Shown here: one piece after another, positions 36,001 through 47,257 of the stretch | Position numbering within the stretch: the stretch's first letter is position 1 | Layout: each line of letters starts with the position of its first letter | NCBI GenBank assembly: GCA_000708835.1 | Contig: DF236964.1 | Location: 248,001 to 312,000 of the forward strand | Length of the DNA: 64,000 nucleotides | Direction of reading: 5' to 3' | From: Klebsormidium nitens | Taxonomy: Eukaryota > Plantae > Klebsormidiophyceae | Program-made: the position numbers and the translations under genes | The notes under the pieces: generated by a model | What the model was told of the DNA's origin: nothing | Databases searched by the model: none | The model's input: the letters and a program-made list of their open reading frames with translations, nothing else

Positions 36001-39000
36001 ATCCGCACGACGTCAGCAATGCGTGGACAAGCGGCAACCAGACGTTACACAACGAGCAGCTTGGTCTCCACCAAAGCATGACGTTAACATTGATGGTGTT
36101 TGAGTCAGCAGGACGTCAGCGATAGGTTCCGGGCACGATTAAACTTGATCACCAGCCACATTGCTGCATTCACTATGCCTGTTCATGAAAGTTGGGAGTC
36201 AGTCAATCATCAGCTCGGGCTAATGCTGAAGAGATTGACCTAGGGCTGTGCCTTGGATCAAAATCAGGACAGATGAGATCTTTGTGCTCATGGCTCTTTT
36301 CAATGCAGGACCCCAGTCGTTCCTCCAGTGAGGGTCTATATTGAAAGGAAAAGGAAACAAAAAGGAAAAGAGAAAAAAGGACAAGCAGAACCCACCTGTT
36401 GGATGGTGCCTCCGGACACTCCTGTTCCCCCTCCTCCGGAATCGTCTGCACCTGGGGGGTCTCTGGCGAGTCCATATCACCCCCCCCTCCGAACGCCCCA
36501 ACGACCGCCCCACTGTAGCTCTGCTTGCTTCCCTCGCTCCCCCCCTCCGAGTCCTCCGGCATGGGAGACAGCGGAGGGCCGCCACCTGGCATGCCGGGGC
36601 TGGCCGGAAAGTTACTTCGAGCGTTAGACGCGTTCCTGACGAGACGAGCGTTTGAACGGATGTGGAAAGAACTGGAGGAATTGCTGGATGAGGGGTCCGA
36701 GTGGCGCCTGCTGACGTCGTCGCTGACGTCACCGGTCCGCATACTGACGTCATCTCCGCCAGGCGGCGAGGAGGCCCCCGCGGCGCCTCTCCATGGCGAG
36801 TAGAGCGGAAGCCGCGCCGTCTTCTCCTCTGCCGTGAGCTTCCTCACTCGGCTGCGAATGAGCGCTTCCCGATCCACTGCCCCTTCCCGCGGTGACAAAC
36901 CGCCTGAAAAGTTCTCTCGCGGAGAGAACATGCCAGGCAACGAGGCCTCACCCCCGGCTGACAGTTGCAGCGCCCCAAACCCCCGCCGCTTCCGAATGAC
37001 TCCTAGAGAACCTTCCCCCAATCTAGTTTCCAGGCTCTTGATCCCGTTCTTCACAGCCCATTGCTTGGCACGAGGCGGTTTGCGCGGCGGCAGAACCCCC
37101 TGCAGCCCCTCTTGGCCTATCAGCCCCTGCGCCTTTTTCAGCCCCGCCGCCTGCCGGTTCTTTGCTCCGGGGCTCAGTGGACCCCCCGCACGCGCACTGT
37201 TGTTTTGAATTATGGAAACCCTTGGTTTTGGGGACGGAGAGGGGGGCACGTCGATCGACGGCTTTCGTTCCTTTGCTGGGGGGCTCTCGTCCAGACCCTG
37301 CACAGCGACAGCTGGCAGCATGGGACTGGCCGCCGGTGGGCTTCCCCACAGGCTCAGGCGGACAGCTGTCTTAGTGCCACGTTCCGCCCTTGGTGAAGTA
37401 ACTTCAGCGCCCCTGTCTGCATACTCGTCCACAGCATCCATCTGATGATCCGCTGCTAGTTCCATCCTAGTGGGGCTCTCCTCACTAGTTCCCATCCCCG
37501 AGCTGCCCCCGACAGACTGACCCCTCGCTTCACTGGTCACGTCAGAGCCCCCACCAAATATCTTCCCCTTCTCTCCCCCCATCTGAGCGCACACCTCGCT
37601 AACTATGCCCAACCCCGCGCTCTGCAAACCCTCCCTTTCTCCAGCTAACCGACCCGCTGCCTCGCCAGGCATGTTCACCCCCACCTCACGCAATCCACCC
37701 CCCTGCTCCAGGGCTGCTGCAATCGCACCCGCTTCGCCGACAAGCTGCTTGAACGGCAGCCAGCAGTCGAGCGACATCCCGAGCCCCACAGCTTTCGTCC
37801 GCTTCGTGGGGCTCTTCTCTGGCGTGCGCACGTTCGCACTCTGCGCAACACCCCCGGTGTCACCTGCGTCCAGCTCGGCGTCACTCTCGGAGCGCTTGAC
37901 ACCGACGCTGCCGCTCTTCGCCCCCCCCGTCGTGTCCATATGGTCAGTCTGCCCTCTCGTTTCCAATCCGGAATCTGAGACCGCTTTTCTCCCTAAACCA
38001 ACCAGAGGACCTGAGCCCAAACCAATCTGCAGCAGGCTCTCAGCTTGCCTGGCCCACAAGTCCCCCTCAGCACGTCTCCTGATCTCTGTACAGCTGTCGC
38101 GCAGAGAGTTACTCCCTTCCTGCTGCCTTTCCGAAACTTCCTCGTCTTCTTCACACAGCAGCTCGTCCTCGTTGCACAAGAGCGCCACCGCAACCCCGAC
38201 CGTCGCCACCTGACCAAAACCGACACCCCTTTCCTCTCCACCGAAACTTGCCCCGCACCCAAACTCTGGAGTAGAGCATTCCCAACTGCCGAAAGCCTGG
38301 TCCCTGCCCGGAGCCCTCCGGTGAAAGCCCCCCACCCTGCTTGCCTCACATCTTCTGCCCCCGTCTTCACTCCCCTCTACACGTTGGGCGACAGAAGGAC
38401 TAGCTGCCGGTCCTTCAGCACTCTGAACCCTCTCCATTCTCAAAGCCTCCCCCAAGTCAAACGACCGGTTGGCCCAGCCGCCAAAAGCGAGCGCCCCCCT
38501 AGGAGCAAGGCCCTCCTCTTCGCTCTCCACAAACTCATCTGCGCAGTCATTCCACACGCCAGCCTCATCATCGCTCGAGAGGCCCTCTTGCGACCGGCCC
38601 CGGCCATCGCCCTCCGACTCTTCCGGCTTGATCGCGGTCCGCGATGCTTCTTCCAGCAGGGTTGCCACCCCGTCGGGGTTCTGCCCCTCCCCTTCCTCTT
38701 CTTGGCCGCTTGGGGGGGGAGTCTCAGACGGCCCTTCCCTGAAAGCTGCTGCCCCCCAGGCTGCAAAAGAGACACTCCTATCGAGCACGCCATGAGTTGA
38801 TGGCTCGTGAAGGGTGGGGCTGACCGAACGGGGGGGCTGATCTAGGGGGAACTGGGGGGAGGGGCTCCGTGAGGAAGGGCCGAAAGAGAAAGTCCTATCG
38901 AACTCGTCTTGGCTGACTGTCGTGCACTGAGACGTGGGGCCCTCCAGGCCTGTGGACGTGCTCAATGTTTGGGGGGCTTCTGGCAGCCCCTCAGACGAGA

Positions 39001-40164
39001 CCCCCACTACGAGCGCTGTGTCAACATGGAGGCGGGGAAAGCTCTCCTTCGCAACTCCGCCCTCGTTCCAAATGGTAAACCCTGGTTCCGAGGAGAAGTG
39101 GTTTTGCAGATTAACAGGGGGGCAGGGTAGGGCGTTCCCCAAGTCGGGGGGGACGCTTGCTGCATGCATCTGGTTGATCCCCCGGGGTTGTGGAGAGTTG
39201 CCAGGGCCTAAGAGGCTCCTTGAACGCCAGAAGGCAGAAGCGCTGCTGGGGTAAGAGGGGAGGATGATGTCGCCTTCTGGAGTAATGGGGGATATCTCGC
39301 CACCGAGGGGTCCTGCAAAAAGGCTACGAATCAGTAGAAGCAGAGCTGGGACAAAGTGAGCAGAATATGGTGGTTACAGAAGCCTGTTACCAGTGCCTTT
39401 GCAGGTTCATACATTTGTAGGAGTCGAGTGTACCCGCCAGGGGTACACACAATCCGAATTATCTCACAATGTCAGCGGGAAGCCTTATCACTCTCAGACC
39501 CTAGTCCTCTGACCAAAAGCGAGGTGAGCTTTCTCCAAGACCAGCTTATCAGTTGTTGCTATGCTGGAGGTTCAGAAAAGGCCAAGTGTGTCCAGACTGG
39601 GAGGGAAACGAGGGACGCACAAAACGCAAGGCATCCAACAAACTCCATGTGATTCAAAAGAATGATGTTTCTGCATGTGTCTCCCTCTGGCTACATCTAG
39701 CACAGATGCTGCGCGATACAATGCGTACAGGCGATAGTCTTCTTCTCAGTTAAGGGAGGTTGGGTGCACACTGCTTGGATACAACGGTGGCAAAGAGTCC
39801 CCTTATGGAAATTTCCCCCAGAACTTCATAGATACAGACAGTACACAAGTAGCACTGCTCCACACATTGCCAAACCTTGAGCAAATCACTGGGGTCAATC
39901 TCCCCAAGCAGGAGCTTTAGAAAAGCAGCACCTCTATCACAAGGTTGCTTGGAAACCACAAACCTTGCAAATGGATTGCGCATTCTTACCTGCCAGCGTG
40001 CTGATTGGAGACATGAGCCCAACCCCTGCTTGGCGCTCAGGCGAGACCACTGCCATCTTCCTGACAGCATTGGAGGCTGCCTCTAGTCGCTCCTCATGGG
40101 ACTTGAACGGTGATCCAGGTCGGGAGGGCAAGCTGCCCCATGAAAATCCACCCCACAAATCCAT
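33020..40164 (-). CDS. WEE1: Wee1/Myt1-family protein kinase with a very long disordered N-terminus, ~1305 aa, 6 coding exons
   Basis: Exons (minus) 40164-39990, 39312-36396, 35819-35595, 34972-34774, 34439-34236 and 33217-33020 are phase-compatible (3918 nt). Kinase motifs [72 protein letters not shown] and ADMYSFG. HxDIKPxN together with EEGD..Y is the Wee1-family signature. The first coding exon and start codon are less certain. Confidence 0.88.
33310..33785 (-). repeat. Three to four decoy copies of the acceptor and start of the last kinase exon
   Basis: cag|gc.gacatgtacagc-like starts at 33367, 33509, 33658 and ~33772, versus the true start at 33217, each preceded by CTAAC-rich tracts. 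Confidence 0.85.
35905..36090 (-). repeat. Copy of the acceptor and start of kinase exon 3, plus a fainter remnant
   Basis: cag|gcagtcgaggatgacgtggcagggcagcctgatggagacgaaactgct at 35957 versus the true start at 35819 (138 bp apart). Confidence 0.85.
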
Positions 40165-41345
40165 CTTTCGGGAGAGGCTTGCACTCGACACCTGGCAAGA
40201 ATAAGGAATGGCTTGTGGGTTGCACTCAACACCTGGCAAAGACGTATGATGGCAAATGGGTTGTTGAATGCTTACATCAGAATGGGTTGAAGTTAAGGTG
40301 TGAACTCATGGCATGGGCGTTCTGAGGTCTTCTCTATTTCAGGGATCAGTTACCAGCTTAACAAAGCGAGCCAGCCGAGACTTGATGGAGCACATCCGCT
40401 TTACCCGCCTGTTTCAATCAGTCCAGGCAGAACCCCAGGTTGACAAGTCTTTCCAGGAGGGTAAGATTGGTTTGAAGTAGAAGAGCGCCCCACAATGGCA
40501 GGTTGGTCAACATGGATAGGTGAGGGTGCCAACCATCATTAAGAGCAGTCCCATCAGACAATAGCTCCCAAACGATAAGCCATTACCCCTCAACAAGCGG
40601 ATTCTGTACACCACATCTCTTTGAGTGGGTGATGATTCTTTCCAATCCAGACTGGCACTAGCTTGTGCTCCCTCAATTCTAATCACCAAGTTGTATGAGT
40701 GTCCACCAGTGCAGCAGCATCACTCTCTCACAAACTAACGCCCAATCAAGCAAGCTTCACAGATAGAGGCAGGGTAGGAGCATCTGGGTTGTCATGTGAG
40801 CATCATGTTGATGAGGTGTGATCAATCACTGACCTCCTCCTTCTCTTCAAACCGCAGGAAGGGCCAATCCAAGCAGCATTTCCCAAGTACTATTCTACGA
40901 AGGCTCCACAAGCAGCATTTGGGAATGCTTCAGAATTGCAGACGCACGACGCCGCTCACAGTTTGTCTTCCTACTCTCTGAAACAAAGAGCACCGAATGA
41001 GCAGAACACCACTTCAATATCCTGAACGAAAGGAACCGTATCTTTCCCGTATCTGCTCGACCTCCTCCTCCTCAGAGTGTGCGCGCTTGGACTCTTTACG
41101 TGAACAAATTCCTGGTCTACAATCTACTAGTACAATGCCACCTGAGGTGGAAAACGAAAGGCGCCCTGAGGTTCGCTATGGATGTGGTCGTTAGAATCAA
41201 CACCACGGTTTTTTACTGACCGGAACAAGCAGCAGAATCTAGGCAAAATGGTTGCAAGATCCATGTACCGGGCCCAGTCAGGGTCTCAAAGTGTCAATAC
41301 ATTCTGGAAGGAGCGGATTCTTCCGCCGCCGCGCTTCGGACTTCT

Positions 41346-41372
41346 CCCGCCAAAATGGCGAGTACACGTGGC
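41346..41372. promoter_or_regulatory. Adjacent E2F-like site (TTTGGCGG, minus strand) and ABRE/G-box (CACGTGGC) in the divergent WEE1/ABF intergenic region
   Basis: cccgccaaa at 41346-41354 and cacgtggc at 41365-41372. These are exact consensus matches, but short motifs can occur by chance. Confidence 0.45.
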
Positions 41373-42258
41373 ATGATCCTCATCCAGATCTGCCCGTTTG
41401 CCAAGTTGGCCGGCGAATCAGAGCGAGCGGTTCGCAGGCCACAGACCCACCAAAAACAGATTCTTCCATTGTCGAAGCTGTTGGCTGTTAGACCGTACCG
41501 CCAAGGGAATTCGCCAGAAAATAACTATTTTGGGGTCGGTGTGAAAATTTGGAAACTAAATTGGGAGCTGAGGGTGAAAAGGCGAAATGAAGAAAATAAT
41601 ATAAAATAGCCCTTTTCTGCTACTTTGCCTGGCAAAGTATTAAAATTCTGATTTGTGCGAAATGTAAAATAAATATCTGAATCGCAAGGTGAAATCTGAA
41701 AACGTTCATAAGTAATTATTCGCACAAAAAGGTGGTGAATTCCCTTGGCGGTACGGGACATCCGCAGGATCCTTCGACGAAAGCTTTCGAAACCACGCTT
41801 CCGAGAAACTCGGTTAGGCATGAGGGAGAAGCTGGATGTGTCAGGCGTTGGGTGCACGAGAGTAGAACAGGTGGAAAGCAAAGGAGAGACCCAGCTGGCG
41901 CGAGGAGAAGGGCAAAGGGGCGCCAGGAGAGCAGCTGAGGGAGCGCTTCGAACGGCTCCCTGCTTTTGAAATCCCTTCTCAGCTGGTTAGCAGCAAGCAG
42001 TGAACCCTAACAAAAGTCTTCAGGGGTCTGGGGACCCTGGGACAAGGCTGGTAGGCCACCTGGGGTGGTCGTGTCATCTGCTGACATCATCCCAGCGTTT
42101 GCTGGGTTTGCTGCATAAGGCTGTGCTTGCTCCTGCTGGAGGTGTTAGGGGTCCTGCAGGAGTTTTATGTTATTCATGCACCTGAGAAGGGGCTCGTTCT
42201 GACGGGCTGAGGTGCTTCACTTCCAGATCTGCAGACGGCTGTGCTCTTGTGTAGCTCA

Positions 42259-45200
42259 ATGGCAACAATGAACGGCCAGGCTCATGTGAATAACAATGGC
42301 ATCGACGGAGGGTCTGCTGGGAGCTTCCTCAAAGGGCCTGGGCTCGGCCTGGGGCCGCGTGGCTCCAGCCTCACGCGTCAGCAGTCGATCTACTCTCTCA
42401 CGCTCGACGAGTTCCAGAACGCGTTAGGGCACGACCAGGGGAAGAGCTTTGGCAGCATGAACATGACGGAGTTCCTGGAAAACATCTGGTCGGCGGAGGA
42501 GGGCGCAATGGCACAGGGGAAGGAGACGGGGGGGCTGCTGCGGCAGGCGAGCCTTGCGAAGCAGGGCAGCATCAACCTGCCGAGGACGCTCACTGGTAAA
42601 ACGGTCGACGAGGTCTGGCGGGATATCCATCAGAGCAGCAAGCCGGCAGCTCCGGCTCAGCAGGAACGGCAGAACACATTTGGGGAGATGACGCTGGAGG
42701 ACTTCCTGAGGAAAGCGGGCGTTGTTGGGGATGAGCTGGACATTGCGACCGGGGGGGTGCTCAGCAGCCTTGGGGCGACCCCCCCGGTGAGCGGCGCAGG
42801 GAATATGCAAAGCGTGGAGGCACAAGCGAAGCAGCACCAAGCTGAGTGGATGGATTACCAGATGAAGCAGCAGCAGCAGAAGCACCACCAGCAAATGAGC
42901 CAGCTCATGGTGCAGCAGCACTCGGCACAGCCAGGTTTGTGACTGCTTCAGCAAAGACTGCGTCTCTTGTGAGGAAGTGGAGTCTGCTGTAGAAGGGTCA
43001 GTCGTTGAACTTTGGTGAAGCACCATAGGCAGCCAGTTCCAGCTGAATGGTTCCTGCTTTATTGGGCTCTTGACTCAGTCAACTTCTCTATATTGAGAAT
43101 GAAGTGTGCGCGGCTGCCTCGACCCTTCCTACATCCTCCAAGGATATCTTAGTGCACTCAGCTCTACCAACATATGTACGATGAAGCACAGCATTGAGCT
43201 TCAGTGAATCAGACGTCCCACCGGGTCAAAGCTCGTTGAACCAGATTAGGGTTCTGAAAAAGCATTACTCCTGCACTAACTCCTCATTCACAGTGCGGTG
43301 CAAAGTTACTCTCTAATGTCTCCACTTCTGATTCTCAATCTATTGCAAAAAATGGCGGACTTAAACACCTTCAAACAGCGCAGGGTTCCAAACAGGCAGT
43401 ACACCAAAGTGGCCGAGTGATTGATACATTCACAAATTGCATCTTGTTTGGGGACCCATGTTCAGAATGGGTGGAACCAACAACTGCGCATCCCTCATAC
43501 CCTTCAAGTCGAATGTGTCTCTTCGCATTAAACAGCGCAAGAATGAAGCGACTACATCTGCCGGGGTTCTTTCTAAACACACATCTCCATTCTCCAGGCA
43601 ACCCCCATCGTCCCCCCCCCTTGATCATGAAAGACCCCCCCGAGCGGAAACCGGACCTGTCGCAAAGTGATGACCAGAGCAGCCTGGATGAAAAGGGCGG
43701 GGGCCTGACACCAAATAGCATGGGGGGCCTTGGGAGCGCTCAATCTCGGAGGGGAAAGAAGCGGCAGATGCCGACGCTGGACGAGCAAGGCAAAACGGTA
43801 GAGCGGAAAGTGAAGAGAATGATCAAGAACCGGGAGTCGGCGGCACGGTCACGGGCCCGAAAGCAGGTGAGAATAGGCTCATTCCATGCCGTCAACATGC
43901 TCTTTGCAGTCTGATTGTTGGCCTGGATGAGTAATCAAATTGCGACTAGAAGTGGAGTTGTCGTGAGAGTATGCCCTTGTAGGTCAAAAGATGTGCTTCT
44001 ATGGGTAAGGATCATGTTCTGCCGATTTTCGTGTCCAGGTCAGGAAAGGGAAACAGTAACCTCATGTACACATGCTGTCAATCACTACAAAAGTCGTTCT
44101 GATTGATGGTTGTAAGTCTTTTGTGTAATCCGACTTGAGGTTTGCAGCTCGGATCAGGCAATAGATGCAGCAACTTGGTTTTAGCGGCCCAACGATCATT
44201 CATCAATCATGTAGAAAGGCTAGATTCAAAGCTAGACCCAATCAGCTCATTCTGCGGACCCAACCAGCTCATCCGCAGAATGAAGCAAGTTGCGCTTGGA
44301 TGCTTTCGTGAACGAAGAGTTAGAAGATTGGTTTCATGTCCTGAGTGGAATACTATGCTGATTACTTCCTGAGAAAGGAGGCTGTCAGCTCCTCTCGTCA
44401 AGAGAGGGCTTCTGTTCATGAGGCCTCTGTTTTAAACAAGGAGTGTGTATGTTGACATACTTCAATCAGCAATTTGTTTTCACCTATGGTTGTCCCTCAA
44501 GGGCAGTCTTGCCGTTTTCATATCTATGTATTGAGCCCGAACCCCAGCAGTAACGAAAACGGTGCAGGCTTCAGAACAACCCTCTTTTGAAGCCAAGGCC
44601 GCTTCCGAAGAATGATGTCGCCGTTCCTGGTTCCTGCTCTTGATGATAAGCATCGAGTCCTTCGATTGTTCAGGATAGGTAACCGCTACCGCACATCCCA
44701 GAGACTCACGCACACAAGTGTCCCGTTCAGGTTCCTCGCTCTGAGGAATCGTCTCTGGTTGATAACCGTGCTGTGGCTGCCTCCAGTAAAATTGGGGTTT
44801 ATTGGAGACCTTGCTAACTTTGCGCCTGACCAAATTGTACAATCCGACAGGCCTACACGCAAGATCTTGAGGAGAAGATAGCCCGGTTAAAGGAGGAAAA
44901 CGCGATGCTGCGAAAGCAACTGGTGAGTACACGGGCTCGGTTTGACCCAAAGTTGGAGTCTGCACTACCCAGCTTTCCCCGAACAGAGGTACTTTTGTCC
45001 CCTGGTTTCATGTAACGTACTTGGATCTGCACTAGCGAATCCGGGGCATATTGGGCCTGTAAAAGGATTCTTGCAAGAAGAACAGTGGGGTTCTGCTTCT
45101 TCCGAAAGTACTTTAAGAATATCCTTGCTTCGATTCTGCCAAAACGCATCCGTCGGTTCATCTTTTCTCGCGTCAAATCGTAGAGAAGCCTGTCTCCTCC

Positions 45201-45462
45201 AGTACAAACGAAGAAGATGAGAGGTTTGGAGGAAGCAGGAAATCGACGCTTTGTCGGAAGTTCGTGTTATTACAGCTTAATGTTTCGGCCTGTGAATCTT
45301 GAGGGTCGTTTTGCGAGCAACAATAAAGTCAGCCAGTTCCTTTCACAAGCTTGTCCAGAGTGTTTTACTGTACGAATCATATTTCTTTTTTTGCAGGGGT
45401 CTGACGCACCCCCTCCTGAGAGCCCTACGCTGCCTAAGTTGAGGCGAACACGGACAAGTTAG
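42259..45462 (+). CDS. ABF: Group-A bZIP transcription factor (ABI5/AREB/ABF-like), ~360 aa, 4 exons
   Basis: Exons 42259-42934, 43598-43866, 44851-44922 and 45397-45462. C1 LTRQQSIYSLTLDEFQ..KSFGSMNMTEFLENIWSAEE; C2 KQGSINLPRTLTGKTVDEVWRDI; C3 RQNTFGEMTLEDFL; basic region KRMIKNRESAARSRARKQ|AYTQDLE with the typical intron after KQ and a 72-nt zipper exon; C4 LRRTRTS. Confidence 0.95.
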
Positions 45463-47257
45463 TATAGTGGGCCAAAACTGGAGTCTCATGCAGCTCAGCC
45501 CGACTTGGTGGATTGCAGAAACTGTACAGCTATTGGACCGTTTTTGGAACTCAGGGAGGAGCCACCGTAAGTGTTGGACATCCACATAAGATGAAAGGGC
45601 TCCTAAAAGCGGTGGTGGCAGCTTGCTCGCACCGCCGATTTTGCATTATAAACGGTTTGGGAGTTTGCTCTGGAATGGATGCATCGCCTGCCATGTAAAC
45701 GATGAAACTGTCGAAATAAGCCGGGCAAGCTGAAAGCATCGTCCTGAATATGCAGAATTAGCTAAGCTGGTGGTGAAGCTCATTAGAAAGCTAAGTTTGG
45801 TACATTCCCGCTAGGAGTTTGAGGGTTTGATGTTCTCAGGTTGATTCATCACTTTTATACCAGAAATTCAGACCCGTAGCAGCTATTGTTGCAGGGCTGA
45901 TGCCAAAGTGCTAACTTGGATCCGTATATTTAATTGCTGCTTTGTACACAAATCGTCCGTGTGTGTAAAGTGCATGGCCTCCGTCTCTCAGTCCAGGCGG
46001 CATACCTCAGCAGCTCATGGCCGATCCAGTTTTGAACACACGAAGTGAGCCTGCCTGTTCCCTGATATATAGTTTAGCTCATGTTCGAATCAATGCCAGA
46101 CTCGAGGATCGAATGGCGCGCCTGCTGCATTATACGAGTGACTTGCACTGATAGACCGCGTTCTATAAGAATTTCGTACTACACAGACATGCCAGGCACG
46201 GTAACTGTCACTGAGACAGGCTAGCCTTAGCAGTGAAGCCGCCGCCGGCGCGCCCCTACTAGCCTGCGTGCATAGCTAGAGCTTCTACTAATGTTCGTTT
46301 ACTATATACTACCTATACTACTAGTGCGCTCACTGCATGAGCTCTAGTACGTAACGTGCATGTCCAACGGAATCATTTGCATATGGCGCCATGCCGGTGG
46401 AATATATATATGGCAGGCCGCAATCAATGGTTGCATGTATGTTGTACGTATACCATCGATCGCGGCGCATGCAGCTCAATGACGGTCCTTCCAGACAACC
46501 CTAGGTAGGGGCAGGTCGTTGAATGGATGAATTTAGGTGTCCATGACTAAGGCGCGGCAGAATGTACGTGTAGCTACAAAGTTAGTACGTGTAAGGGCAA
46601 TCAGTATACCGTCGACCCGCGCCGGGCCAGTGTGAGTTCCTCTGATTTGCATGAAGGAGGACTCTACGTTGCATGCGGCCGGCCACCGGATATAGCGTTG
46701 GCACACATTTGAGGGCCGGCAAGACCGGTTCAATGACAGTCTTATTGAAACTTCGGACTCGTATATGCCCGATCGATCAACCACGGTCGACATAATTGCA
46801 TGACCGTACGCACTGGCCGGCCCTATATATTTCAATCATTAAGCATGCCAGGCTATTTGCTTCCCGGTGTCTGGCCCTGGCACGCCGCGTTTGGTGCAAT
46901 TATCGGACGCAGCTCACTGCCATCGAGTCGGATGCAATACGGGCCCCTATCCGGCTGCTGCACCGTTGCATTACACTTTATGAGAGTAACGCGAGCAACG
47001 ATATCATTTCAAACGAAAATGGTTTCATTTGAAAGTAACGAAATCACCAAATGCTGCAGCAAGTGCCTGGCTGACAGCGCAGCAACTATGCTCTGCTTTC
47101 AGACCTCCAAAGTAAAACGACGTAAATTGTTGACTTGACGTGCGGGAACTGAGTTCAATCAAGCCCCTCCGCCGGGTTTTCTATCGCAGATTTTGAAAGG
47201 CGACGCCTTATTTCCTGAGCTCTCGATCCTACCTTTACGTCTTTTGCTTTTCCACCT

